This document shows, piece after piece, positions 44,634 to 52,365 of a stretch of DNA of 52,405 nucleotides. Positions within the stretch are counted from its first letter, which is position 1; every line of letters begins with the position of its first letter. This DNA is from a virus. Taxonomy: Duplodnaviria; Caudoviricetes. Location: positions 1-52,405 of IMG/VR virus record IMGVR_UViG_3300034101_004390; one strand, 5' to 3'. Both the position numbers and the translations under genes were made by a program. Below the pieces are notes generated by a model. That model searched no databases. It was not told the origin of the DNA and saw nothing but the letters and a program-made list of their open reading frames with translations.

Positions 44634-45122
44634 GTGAAGGTTAGCGCTGAAGCGATCGAGATGATTAAGCACCATGAGGGCGTCAGACTGAGGCCCTACA
44701 GGTGCCCGGCGTTACTTTGGACGATTGCGGTGGGCCATGTAATTGATCCAACCCATGCGACAGTGAAGTATGAGGAACGGCGCGCCTTACCGATACCCGC
44801 AGGCTGGGATCGCACTCTCACGATGGACGAGGTGGACCAGATACTTGGTCAGGACCTTCGTCGGTTTGAGCGTGGTGTGGTTCGACTTTGCCCTGCTGCT
44901 GTTGGTAATCAGGGAATCTTCGATTCTTGCGTCAGTTTTGCCTTCAACGTGGGTCTCGGCAATTTCCAGCGTTCTACCCTTCGGATGAAGACGAACCGCG
45001 GTGATTTCGAGGAGGCGGCCGAAGAGTTTATGAAATGGACGAAGGCCGGTGGTCGCGTCCTGCCCGGCCTTGTGAAGCGTCGTCAAGACGAGCGTGCGCT
45101 TTACCTATCAGGGTTATCTTGA
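44634..45122 (+). CDS. Endolysin, GH24 phage lysozyme
   Basis: Catalytic E-x8-C-x5-T (HEGVRLRPYRCPALLWT), FNVG, STL, W.KAGG.VLPGLVKRR..E; GTG start inferred. Confidence 0.93.
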   Translation: MKVSAEAIEMIKHHEGVRLRPYRCPALLWTIAVGHVIDPTHATVKYEERRALPIPAGWDRTLTMDEVDQILGQDLRRFERGVVRLCPAAVGNQGIFDSCVSFAFNVGLGNFQRSTLRMKTNRGDFEEAAEEFMKWTKAGGRVLPGLVKRRQDERALYLSGLS

Positions 45123-45637
45123 ACAATACCCTGAAATACTTTAGATAGCGGAATCGGCGATATTTTGGTCCCGCTAGCATACTCGCCGTTCAACGGTGGC
45201 CGTAAGAGATGGATGTACAGTGATTCAAGCCTATCCAGAAGGCTTTGATCGCAAGGCACAAAAGCAAACGAATCAAACTCTTTGTAAACATGAGTTCCGA
45301 TTCGCCTTAGGACGCTAACGGATTGGCCGACGTATACGACCTTTTTGTCTTTCACCAAAAAGTAGATACCAGATATTTCATACTGCTTGGCCGACTGAAC
45401 GATCTCATGTTCGCGCAGAAACGTATCCTGCGATAGCGACGCCACTTCGGAATACAAAAGCGATTCTGCTTTCAGAGCATTTAATTGCGCTTTAAGCGCG
45501 ACCAATTCTTGATATACGGAATTACGCTCTAACTCTAATTGCGCCTGCTTTTCTTTCCGTAGCGCAATGTTTCGACGTCTGGTTTCTTTGCCCTTTTGTG
45601 CCGCAACCCGGCGCTGCTCTGGCGTCAGAGTCTTCAT
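45101..45637 (-). CDS. Coiled-coil + GIY-YIG nuclease-like protein
   Basis: SGIYFL...VVYVGQS...RIGTH...E..YI....P.LN; more AT-rich than flanks. Confidence 0.75.
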   Translation of the reverse strand: MKTLTPEQRRVAAQKGKETRRRNIALRKEKQAQLELERNSVYQELVALKAQLNALKAESLLYSEVASLSQDTFLREHEIVQSAKQYEISGIYFLVKDKKVVYVGQSVSVLRRIGTHVYKEFDSFAFVPCDQSLLDRLESLYIHLLRPPLNGEYASGTKISPIPLSKVFQGIVQDNPDR

Positions 45638-45641
45638 GCGA

Positions 45642-45872
45642 TCAGGTAAAAACCTTGACCTTGCCGACCCAGCGCGAATTAACCGCGACCTCGCCGACTT
45701 GGTAATACTGGCCCGACTCGCCGTCTTTGTAGATCTCGCGCACGACCATGATCCCCGACTCCTGCAGGTCGTCGACGAACTCCGCTAATCCTTCCGCATC
45801 GTAGTCGCAGATGATCTGGTGCACCGGGTTCCCGGCCCGGCTTGGCATGTTCATAGTGATCTGAAAACGCAT
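45642..45872 (-). CDS. Hypothetical protein (MRFxITMNMPSR family)
   Basis: GAGG RBS; coherent leftward operon. Confidence 0.75.
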   Translation of the reverse strand: MRFQITMNMPSRAGNPVHQIICDYDAEGLAEFVDDLQESGIMVVREIYKDGESGQYYQVGEVAVNSRWVGKVKVFT

Positions 45873-45902
45873 ATAAGCCTCTATTAGCGATAAAGCGACG
45901 GA

Positions 45903-46370
45903 TTATAGGGTAGAGCCGTACTTGGCGATTAGCGCGGCGTCTGAGCGGCCGTCGTCCTTTTTACGCGAGAACATGGTCGAGTATTGGGGAAACAACTGCA
46001 TGGCACGCTCCCGGGAGCCATCTTTGCCCGCCCGGATGCCCATGGCCTTCATCCATGCCTGCGGGGTGACATGGGTTACCGGGATCTCATAGGCGGCCAG
46101 CACGCCCTCGATAACGCCGACCGATCGGCCAAACGAGAACATGCTGGAGACGCCCTGCCCGGGCATCGCTGAGACGCGTTCCATGTAGGCCTTCTTGATG
46201 CCTCGGCCAGCGATCAGATCGGCGAGCAGCGCAGGGCTGACCTCGCGTTTGTTTTTGCCGTTGCGGGTGACCTCGACCGTCGGCATGTCCATAACGACCA
46301 GCACGTCGATGTCGGTTTCGTAGTACGCCATGGCCCCATTGAGGCCCGGATCAATGCCTAGTATCACCAT
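45903..46370 (-). CDS. RuvC-like Holliday junction resolvase
   Basis: ILGIDPG, E.V..MPGQGVSSMFSFG, PxxW, DGRSDAALIA. Confidence 0.88.
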   Translation of the reverse strand: MVILGIDPGLNGAMAYYETDIDVLVVMDMPTVEVTRNGKNKREVSPALLADLIAGRGIKKAYMERVSAMPGQGVSSMFSFGRSVGVIEGVLAAYEIPVTHVTPQAWMKAMGIRAGKDGSRERAMQLFPQYSTMFSRKKDDGRSDAALIAKYGSTL

Positions 46371-46578
46371 AACTTGATTCCATATCCTCGATAGTTTGTT
46401 TCATAAATTCCAGATGTCGGATACATGCCGCGGCGATGCTACCGATGTGCAGGTAGTTTCCTTCGTCGACGGCCATCACCATATCGTGCGATATCAATTG
46501 CAGCGCAGCGATGATCTCTCGATATTCGTCATCGTCGTAGGAGGCTGGCAATTTGTTCTCTGAGCATTTGGATTTCAT
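46351..46578 (-). CDS. Hypothetical protein
   Basis: Start moved to MKSKCSE; fills operon; start uncertain. Confidence 0.55.
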   Translation of the reverse strand: MKSKCSENKLPASYDDDEYREIIAALQLISHDMVMAVDEGNYLHIGSIAAACIRHLEFMKQTIEDMESSYGDTRH

Positions 46579-46750
46579 CTTGTGCCTTAATCCAGTCCGC
46601 GGCGATCGAATGCTTTTCCGTTTTGAGCGCATCAATCTCTCGTAAGTATTCAGCAATTCGACTACGCAGCGACCGGATCTCCTCCCGATATTCGCTAGAT
46701 GTATGGGACATGCTATCCCAATACTCGTCCATGTCATCCTTCGTGATCAT
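46529..46750 (-). CDS. Coiled-coil hypothetical protein
   Basis: ATGA overlap; heptad pattern. Confidence 0.7.
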   Translation of the reverse strand: MITKDDMDEYWDSMSHTSSEYREEIRSLRSRIAEYLREIDALKTEKHSIAADWIKAQDEIQMLREQIASLLRR

Positions 46751-46959
46751 GCGATCTTTCTCCGGCGAAAATTAACCACCGTTCGAGGCGTCATCGCGCG
46801 CAGGAAGGGCGGCACCCAGTTCTCGTCGTTACGCTGCGGCGGGCAAACTCCGCGCTGCAGATCACCGAGTTCTTTATTCACGCGACCAACCTTCTGCATG
46901 AGTATGCGAAGTTCGGCATAAAGTTCGCGCTGGCGACGCTTAATTTCATCTTCTGACAT
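46747..46959 (-). CDS. Hypothetical protein
   Basis: TGATG coupling. Confidence 0.65.
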   Translation of the reverse strand: MSEDEIKRRQRELYAELRILMQKVGRVNKELGDLQRGVCPPQRNDENWVPPFLRAMTPRTVVNFRRRKIA

Positions 46960-47171
46960 CAGAACAGACTCCCCTGTTTGTCTCTCAACCTATAGCGCGC
47001 ATACGACTTGCCGTTGCGGCGCTCTTTTACAGTTTCAATGTCAAGCCCCTCTTGGCGCAAATCGTCTATGCGCGCGGCAAGGCGGAAGCAGCCAAACCTC
47101 TCAAGGGCATCGATCGGAGTTAGGGAGTTACCTTCGAGGAGGAATGATCGAATAGCATCAACTTGTCTCAT
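46959..47171 (-). CDS. Winged-helix DNA-binding protein
   Basis: L..G.SLTPIDAL..FGCFRLAARI.DLR..G..I...YARY pattern. Confidence 0.85.
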   Translation of the reverse strand: MRQVDAIRSFLLEGNSLTPIDALERFGCFRLAARIDDLRQEGLDIETVKERRNGKSYARYRLRDKQGSLF

Positions 47172-47299
47172 AGAATTACCTCATCGGTTCCGGGTTCATA
47201 CACAAAATTGCCGCAGCGTCTGTCTGCCGCACTGTCCCAAAACAGGCAGTGCAGTTTCTTGTCTTTCGACACAGACCAGCGGCAACTACGACAGGTCAA
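47168..47299 (-). CDS. Small Cys-rich protein (43 aa, TCRSCRW...C...C); absent from ORF track
   Basis: Hand translation from TTG; 4-nt overlaps with both neighbours. Confidence 0.6.
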   Translation of the reverse strand: MTCRSCRWSVSKDKKLHCLFWDSAADRRCGNFVYEPGTDEVIL

Positions 47300-47589
47300 A
47301 TCTTTCCCTCTTTAGCGAGTTGAGCGATCGTACGAGCCATGCCCTCGAAGTGGGCTAGGCGCACGTAGTCGCGTTCCAGATTCATATGCGCGCGGCGATC
47401 GATAGCGTCATGGCATGAGGAGCACGCCCACGCTCCAATCAGATCCGAGGCAGCCTTGATTCCCATGCCACTCACCCCGGGCAGGCGGACGTGCGCAAGC
47501 ACTACGGTCTCGGAATTGTGGTTGCACACGTTCGGCAGGCGCACCATGCAGCCTCTGCCCTTTGCCTCTTTGCGCAGATCGATTCGCAT
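47296..47589 (-). CDS. YbcO/DUF1364-family putative nuclease
   Basis: LRKxAxGxxCxVRLPxVCNxNxETVVLAH...G.G.K...AWACSSCHDAID. Confidence 0.9.
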   Translation of the reverse strand: MRIDLRKEAKGRGCMVRLPNVCNHNSETVVLAHVRLPGVSGMGIKAASDLIGAWACSSCHDAIDRRAHMNLERDYVRLAHFEGMARTIAQLAKEGKI

Positions 47590-47915
47590 CAGTACACCGG
47601 CTGGTTGCGATTCTTGTACCACTCGTTGAACGCAGGCGTGAAGACAACCATGCCCACGTCGTACGAGTACACGTCACCGTCGGACCAGCGCACGATCACA
47701 TCGCTGTCGATCATCTTCCAGCAGCCGGTCAGTGACAGTTTGCCGCCATCGTCTTTAACGAACACAAAGCGCTCGTCTGTCGATCCCTTGCACGTCTCGC
47801 TGGTCAAAGTAATCTGGCCGGCAGCGCGATTTGGGATAAAGCCAATCACGGTCGGCACCGACTGCGCGACGGCTACCGAACAAAATGCAGCGAACAATAC
47901 AAATAACTTACGCAT
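47589..47915 (-). CDS. Secreted/periplasmic small protein with Sec signal peptide
   Basis: MRKLFVLFAAFCSVAVA-QS; two further Cys. Confidence 0.7.
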   Translation of the reverse strand: MRKLFVLFAAFCSVAVAQSVPTVIGFIPNRAAGQITLTSETCKGSTDERFVFVKDDGGKLSLTGCWKMIDSDVIVRWSDGDVYSYDVGMVVFTPAFNEWYKNRNQPVY

Positions 47916-47916
47916 T

Positions 47917-48342
47917 TCACTCTCCAATGGATAACGGTTCAGGGATCACAATCCCCATATCTAAAGCCCTTTGCTCTATAAAAGAAATGTAGTCAGCGAA
48001 TTCTGTTTTTGTCATAGTCGAGGACCGCCGTACGGGGCGCATACGCTTGCGGCCAAAGCCCTCGATGGTCTCCCAGCCCCACATTTCGCCGAGCATGAAC
48101 TCATGGATATCGGCCGCCTGAAATCCACGCAGGGCCTCTCCTGCCTGCTCGATGAGCGTTGGGTACACCACACCCCACAGGAATGAGTTCTGCGCCGTAC
48201 TGCGCGTCGAACTCAACTCCTCGACGGTCAACCGCCAAGCCTTCTCCGCGTCGATCTCCTCGACGAACTTGGCGATCGCCGTCTGCATCTCCTTCGGACC
48301 CATGCCCTTATGGAGAATGCGCTGCTTACGTACGCGTGCCAT
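47917..48342 (-). CDS. NinB/Orf-like recombination protein
   Basis: RSxAQNSFLWG, H, SSTMTKTEFxDYI..I...A...G motifs. Confidence 0.8.
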   Translation of the reverse strand: MARVRKQRILHKGMGPKEMQTAIAKFVEEIDAEKAWRLTVEELSSTRSTAQNSFLWGVVYPTLIEQAGEALRGFQAADIHEFMLGEMWGWETIEGFGRKRMRPVRRSSTMTKTEFADYISFIEQRALDMGIVIPEPLSIGE

Positions 48343-48644
48343 TAGAACGGGATTTCGTCGTTGAATTCAGGATCGTCGTCCCGCTGCGGGGCTGCCTTCT
48401 TCGGGGCAGGACGCGCAGATCTTTCGCCATTCGGCTGCCACAAAGACACCGACAGGTACGTGTTGCCGGCCTTCGACTTTTTCTTCCACAGCGAGATCTT
48501 GACGCGGCCAGTCATGCCCTCGGGAATCTCGATCTCGCCCATGTAATGGGGCGACTTTTCACTTGTCGGGTTCTTGCTCTCGAACAACATCCCGTCGCCT
48601 GCCTTCAGTTCAAGCGGCTTGTACTCTTTCTTTTGAAAACTCAC
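48342..48644 (-). CDS. Putative single-stranded DNA-binding protein
   Basis: G.LF..K....PHY.G...SLW......YLS; acidic C-terminal tip FNDEIPF. Confidence 0.75.
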   Translation of the reverse strand: MSFQKKEYKPLELKAGDGMLFESKNPTSEKSPHYMGEIEIPEGMTGRVKISLWKKKSKAGNTYLSVSLWQPNGERSARPAPKKAAPQRDDDPEFNDEIPF

Positions 48645-49258
48645 AGCGATACCTCCTTCAGGAATTTAACTTTCGCATCACGCTCTTCGAGGAACTTAAT
48701 GATCTCGCGCTCCATCTCGGCGATGTACTTGTCGTCACGCTCGACCGGGATGATGAGCAGTTGCAGGTGCTCCGGCACGCGATCGTCAAACGACACAAAG
48801 TCCGCGCGCTTGCGACCGGTGCAGGCCAGTTGGAACTGGATCTGCGCCATGTACCGGGCCGGTACGGTGCGCGACTCGATGTAGTCGAAATGGGTGTGCG
48901 TCTCAGGCGCCTTGAATTCCACGATCATGTCGTCGTCGATCAAGCCGTCCGGGCTGCAGCCTGCGTTCGCGATCGTCGGGTGATCCACAAAGTCGATCTG
49001 GTCGACGAGGTTGCCCGTCTTCGCGCTGTAGCGATCACGGGCGAGCGGCTCGATCTCCGTACCGCGTCTCATCGCGTCCGTCTCAAATCCCCGCGGCTTC
49101 GGCTTGCCGGTCATGGCCTCGACAACGAGGTCAGCCATGTACGAGGCTCGGGACGCCGAGTAGCCGGTCTTTGTCTTGGCCATCACGTCAGCCACGCGAC
49201 TCGCCGTCACTTTTCCGACGCGCTTAGCGAACCATTCCGGTGTGCGTTGGTCAGTCAT
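48641..49258 (-). CDS. YqaJ/lambda-type exonuclease
   Basis: QRTPEWFxxRxGKVTAS, G..EP.AR, SPDGL, EFK, QIQFQL; start moved to MTDQRT. Confidence 0.93.
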   Translation of the reverse strand: MTDQRTPEWFAKRVGKVTASRVADVMAKTKTGYSASRASYMADLVVEAMTGKPKPRGFETDAMRRGTEIEPLARDRYSAKTGNLVDQIDFVDHPTIANAGCSPDGLIDDDMIVEFKAPETHTHFDYIESRTVPARYMAQIQFQLACTGRKRADFVSFDDRVPEHLQLLIIPVERDDKYIAEMEREIIKFLEERDAKVKFLKEVSL

Positions 49259-49578
49259 TTTTCCCCTCTTGCGCGAATGACTGCAACGCAATCTTCGGCA
49301 TGCCAATTCTTCAAAACAGCCTCTTCACACGCCTGAGCGCATGCTTCTCGTTCGGCTGCTACTGCCAGTTCCAGCAGTCCGCAGTACTGGGTCGTAGTCT
49401 GCCCATCAGCGCACTGCCGCCAGCCACGCTCGACAAGCCGACCTTCGTAAAGAGCAATGAAGCGTTCAAGTTCTTCGATCGGGGCTACTGTAGTTGTGAC
49501 TGCTCCGCCTTCTTCGATAGCAACCACACGAATAAACCCCGCCTCTCGCGCCAGTCGGATGATGTCGTCGCGGGTCAC
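49255..49578 (-). CDS. Hypothetical protein (MTRDDIIRLAREAG...AEREACA...IRARG family)
   Basis: Motif common in freshwater proteobacterial phages; overlapping starts/stops. Confidence 0.8.
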   Translation of the reverse strand: MTRDDIIRLAREAGFIRVVAIEEGGAVTTTVAPIEELERFIALYEGRLVERGWRQCADGQTTTQYCGLLELAVAAEREACAQACEEAVLKNWHAEDCVAVIRARGEK

Positions 49579-50141
49579 GCGTCTAACTCCTTGCGGCGAG
49601 CGGCGAACGCGTCAAGACACGCGGTGCGCTGGGCCTCGCTCAGGCCTTTGTACAGCGCCTGCAGGTCCGTGATGTTGTCGACGGCCTTGATCAGATCCAG
49701 AACCTCGGGATCGGGCTTGACGGCCCTAGGCGCCTTCTGCGGCGGTTTGGCAGCGGCTTCGTTGCCGTCGTCGTCTTCGTCGCCCACGATCGCAGCGACT
49801 GACTGCAGGCTGTAGCGCTTGCAGTACGTGCTCGCGCTGCCGAAGCCCTGCGCGTCCGACTTCGAGACGGGCATAACGAACGGGCCGAACTCCAGCCACT
49901 GACCGGATTCGTGCTGCACGATCGTCAGGCAGGCCACGCCATCCTCGACCGACGTCAGTTCCTGCATGACCGACAGACCATGCTTAGCGAACACCGGGAC
50001 GACGGCGTTACGGATCGCGGCGAGGCTCGCGAACTTGTTGCGGAAGTGCGGGTTGGTCGAGTCGAAAGACGGGTTCTTCATTTCGGCCTGTGCAGCCGCG
50101 AGGGCCTTGCTGATCGCATCACACTGTTCAGATCGTTTCAT
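49575..50141 (-). CDS. erf: ERF-family single-strand annealing protein
   Basis: NPHFxNKFASL, HESGQW, GSAxTYxKRYSL, EDDDGN. Confidence 0.93.
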   Translation of the reverse strand: MKRSEQCDAISKALAAAQAEMKNPSFDSTNPHFRNKFASLAAIRNAVVPVFAKHGLSVMQELTSVEDGVACLTIVQHESGQWLEFGPFVMPVSKSDAQGFGSASTYCKRYSLQSVAAIVGDEDDDGNEAAAKPPQKAPRAVKPDPEVLDLIKAVDNITDLQALYKGLSEAQRTACLDAFAARRKELDA

Positions 50142-50142
50142 G

Positions 50143-50286
50143 TCACCACTCCCAGTTGGGTTTCAGTTCGATTGGTTTCGGGATTTCGTTTGCCGGCTCA
50201 TCGAGCGCGGCAGCCATGGCGTCTTCCCACTGCTGCTGCTCGCACTCCATCTGCTGGCGCCAGCCATCGTCGTATTCGTCGTTCAT
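50143..50286 (-). CDS. Small acidic protein (47 aa); absent from ORF track
   Basis: Hand translation MNDEYDDGWRQQMECEQQQW...; ATGA overlap. Confidence 0.6.
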   Translation of the reverse strand: MNDEYDDGWRQQMECEQQQWEDAMAAALDEPANEIPKPIELKPNWEW

Positions 50287-50462
50287 AGCGCTTTCTTCGC
50301 GAGTCGGAGCCAGCCGATGGCCATGCGGTTGTAGTCGCGGGCCAATCTCGCGTGCCGGCGGCGCTCATCAACGACCAGAGACGCTCGCGCTTTGTAGAGG
50401 TGTTCGTCGCGGCACTCGAAGCAGCGGCCGGACTTGATGGCGAATTCGATGACGTTCTTCAT
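50283..50462 (-). CDS. Small basic protein (59 aa); absent from ORF track
   Basis: Hand translation MKNVIEFAIK...; GAGGT RBS with ATCTGATATCG leader. Confidence 0.7.
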   Translation of the reverse strand: MKNVIEFAIKSGRCFECRDEHLYKARASLVVDERRRHARLARDYNRMAIGWLRLAKKAL

Positions 50463-50493
50463 AGCGTTACCTCGATATCAGATATGCAGGAAA

Positions 50494-50509
50494 GTTTACC
50501 ACGGTAAAT
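50494..50509. promoter_or_regulatory. Type-B palindrome GTTTAC-N4-GTAAAT overlapping leftward -10 TAAACT of the recombination operon
   Basis: Read directly. Confidence 0.65.
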
Positions 50510-50539
50510 ACAAAAGGGAAGAGGCAGGTCTCCGTTGTC

Positions 50540-50749
50540 TCAGCGATAAAAGTGAACGCTTCTACCGCGGGCCTTTAGCAGCGGCTCAACTTCAGCGACG
50601 GTTGTGCGTACGGCGGCGGTGCGAAACCCGGCGTCGTCGTACAAGTACACGGTGGCCCCTAGTTTTAAGTAACTCGTATCCCAAGACGCGGGACGATCCA
50701 TGCGGGTCAGTGCGTAACGCGGGGAATCAAGTGCTTCGATGAGGTTCAT
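50540..50749 (-). CDS. Hypothetical early protein
   Basis: AGGAG RBS and own promoter. Confidence 0.75.
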   Translation of the reverse strand: MNLIEALDSPRYALTRMDRPASWDTSYLKLGATVYLYDDAGFRTAAVRTTVAEVEPLLKARGRSVHFYR

Positions 50750-50788
50750 GCGATATCTCCTGATTACTGATTGATACTCGATGTGCGC

Positions 50789-50818
50789 ATTCTAAGCGGC
50801 AGTTTCCGCCTCTGTCAA
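50789..50818 (-). promoter_or_regulatory. Promoter TTGACA-N18-TAGAAT with type-A operator-like site
   Basis: Spacer AGGCGG-AAA-CTGCCG. Confidence 0.8.
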
Positions 50819-50824
50819 CACCCA

Positions 50825-50840
50825 GTTTACTGGGGTAAAC
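50825..50840. promoter_or_regulatory. Type-B perfect palindrome GTTTAC-N4-GTAAAC upstream of Cro-like gene
   Basis: Overlaps TAAACT -10, 9 nt before ATG 50850. Confidence 0.7.
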
Positions 50841-50849
50841 TCTGCACCC

Positions 50850-51056
50850 ATGACCCCGGAGATACAGGCACTTTTCGACAGGTATGGCTCGCAGGCGAAC
50901 ATCGCCCGAGCCTTCAACGTCACGCCTGCATCTGTGATCAAGTGGATTCGCTCCGGTCGCTTGCCGCCCCTCAGGCGGTACCAATGGCGGGACATGTGCG
51001 GCGGTGCCCCTAAAGCCGCCGGAGAGCCTATTACAGCGTCTCCGACGGCCCGGTAA
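50850..51056 (+). CDS. Cro/YdaS-like HTH regulator
   Basis: YGSQANIARAFNVTPASVIKW...GRLPP.R; no RBS, possibly leaderless. Confidence 0.85.
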   Translation: MTPEIQALFDRYGSQANIARAFNVTPASVIKWIRSGRLPPLRRYQWRDMCGGAPKAAGEPITASPTAR

Positions 51057-51066
51057 GGGGTCAGCC

Positions 51067-51495
51067 TCAGAACTCGGGGTTCCAGCGCTGGATGTGGCCC
51101 GGCACCAGATACCACATCTTGCCCTGCAGCCACGTACCCGTCAGACGGTTGCGGAAGTAGCGGCGGCCGCTCGACGTGGTGATGATGCGGTGATCCTTGC
51201 CCGTGATCTTCGTCACCTCGCCGTCGGGGTAGTAGTCGCCGTTGAACGCGTACGAGACCTTGTCGCCGACCTTCGGCAGGGCCTGCACGTCGAACCGTGG
51301 CCAGCGCGAGGTGCCGTTGTCGATCGCGACGAACGTCTCGCCGTACACGGCAGTCGCTTGCTCGGCCATCTTCTGGGCCTGCTCGTATGACGCGATGTCA
51401 TGGCGGGTGGTCCACGTCGGGTCCTGATGTTGATCGTCGGTCAGTTCGTTAGCGACGGCGGTGAGTTGGTCGTTGATGATGTGGAAGTAGAGCAT
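51067..51495 (-). CDS. Hypothetical early protein (PKVGDKVSYAFNGDYYP.G.V)
   Basis: CGGAG RBS with ATCTG leader; good codon bias. Confidence 0.8.
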   Translation of the reverse strand: MLYFHIINDQLTAVANELTDDQHQDPTWTTRHDIASYEQAQKMAEQATAVYGETFVAIDNGTSRWPRFDVQALPKVGDKVSYAFNGDYYPDGEVTKITGKDHRIITTSSGRRYFRNRLTGTWLQGKMWYLVPGHIQRWNPEF

Positions 51496-51521
51496 TTGAA
51501 TTCTCCGATTGCAGATAGTGA

Positions 51522-51779
51522 TTAGGCCACGCTGCGAGCGTGATCTTCGGGGTGGATGTACGACATTCGGCCGTAGGCGCCCCAGTAGACGTGGGACAGG
51601 CGGGCCTTAACGGCGCGCAGGGTGTTGCTGTGGTACCCGGTAACACCGACCCAGCGGTGGAACGACTGGCCTTGGCTGTCGGTGCAGAGGATGCGCTCCT
51701 GCAGCGGTGCGTACTTGCAGTCGTACAGCGCGTACTGGCCGGCGCGGATCTTGGCGATGATTTGGTCGATGTCGTTCAT
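51522..51779 (-). CDS. Hypothetical early protein
   Basis: CGGAG RBS, own promoter. Confidence 0.78.
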   Translation of the reverse strand: MNDIDQIIAKIRAGQYALYDCKYAPLQERILCTDSQGQSFHRWVGVTGYHSNTLRAVKARLSHVYWGAYGRMSYIHPEDHARSVA

Positions 51780-51816
51780 GTCAGATCTCCGTAGCAGATA
51801 ATCAATCGATGGGTAG

Positions 51817-51846
51817 ATCTTAAGCGGCAGTTCCTGCCGGTGTCAA
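51817..51846 (-). promoter_or_regulatory. Promoter TTGACA-N18-TAAGAT with perfect type-A palindrome CGGCAG-N3-CTGCCG (51825-51839)
   Basis: Read directly. Confidence 0.8.
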
Positions 51847-52071
51847 CACTTTTGTTGATTCGGTCTTCAGGGCCTTTAGGACCTTTTTGGCGATCCGGCC
51901 ATTCATGGACAGTTTGAAGAAAACCTCGGTGTAGATCCGGTCTCTGCCAGAGCGCCAACCCCATGTGCAAACGATCTCACGGGAACCTTCGATGCTCACG
52001 CATTCCCCGTCGATCAACATCGCTGTGTACCCGCGTCCGTTGACCATGACCGTTTTCTTCGTGACTTTCAT
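51820..52071 (-). CDS. Hypothetical early protein
   Basis: CGGAG RBS, own promoter; 3' end runs through next promoter. Confidence 0.75.
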   Translation of the reverse strand: MKVTKKTVMVNGRGYTAMLIDGECVSIEGSREIVCTWGWRSGRDRIYTEVFFKLSMNGRIAKKVLKALKTESTKVLTPAGTAA

Positions 52072-52107
52072 AGCGTTCTCCGTAACAGATAACTAATCGA
52101 TGTGCGC

Positions 52108-52137
52108 ATACTAACCGGCAGGAACTTCCGGTTGCAA
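52108..52137 (-). promoter_or_regulatory. Promoter TTGCAA-N18-TAGTAT with type-A palindrome AACCGGCAG-N3-CTTCCGGTT
   Basis: Read directly. Confidence 0.75.
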
Positions 52138-52253
52138 TACCCCTGACGAAAATAAATAGGTACACACAACGCTATGCATATTGCGTTGCATTTCGTTCGA
52201 TAGCCGTTGATGGACTTAGATGGGCGTTGCTGGATTTGCAGGGTCCATAACGC

Positions 52254-52283
52254 AAAAGCCCCCGGGGGTGGGTCCGGGGGCTT
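52254..52283 (-). terminator. Intrinsic terminator (leftward)
   Basis: AAGCCCCCGG/CCGGGGGCTT stem; T4 on minus strand. Confidence 0.65.
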
Positions 52284-52330
52284 GCGGCGCGTAGTTGGGG
52301 GCGCTACTCTTGGTTTGCTGTCAAAGAGTG
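52254..52330 (-). ncRNA. Candidate small RNA of about 77 nt
   Basis: Bounded by promoter at 52337-52365 and terminator at 52254-52283; no ORF with RBS seen inside. Confidence 0.45.
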
Positions 52331-52336
52331 ATGCGG

Positions 52337-52365
52337 ACTGTAGTTGGTCCCTTTACTCACGTCAA
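52337..52365 (-). promoter_or_regulatory. Promoter TTGACG-N17-TACAGT overlapped by degenerate type-B site (CTTTAC-N4-GTCAAC)
   Basis: Read directly. Confidence 0.65.

Noticed and set aside
50789-51056. Lysogeny switch (cI/cro) implying a temperate prophage
   Set aside because: Only a Cro-like gene is present; no CI-like repressor, integrase, att site or host flank is visible, so lifestyle cannot be called from this window
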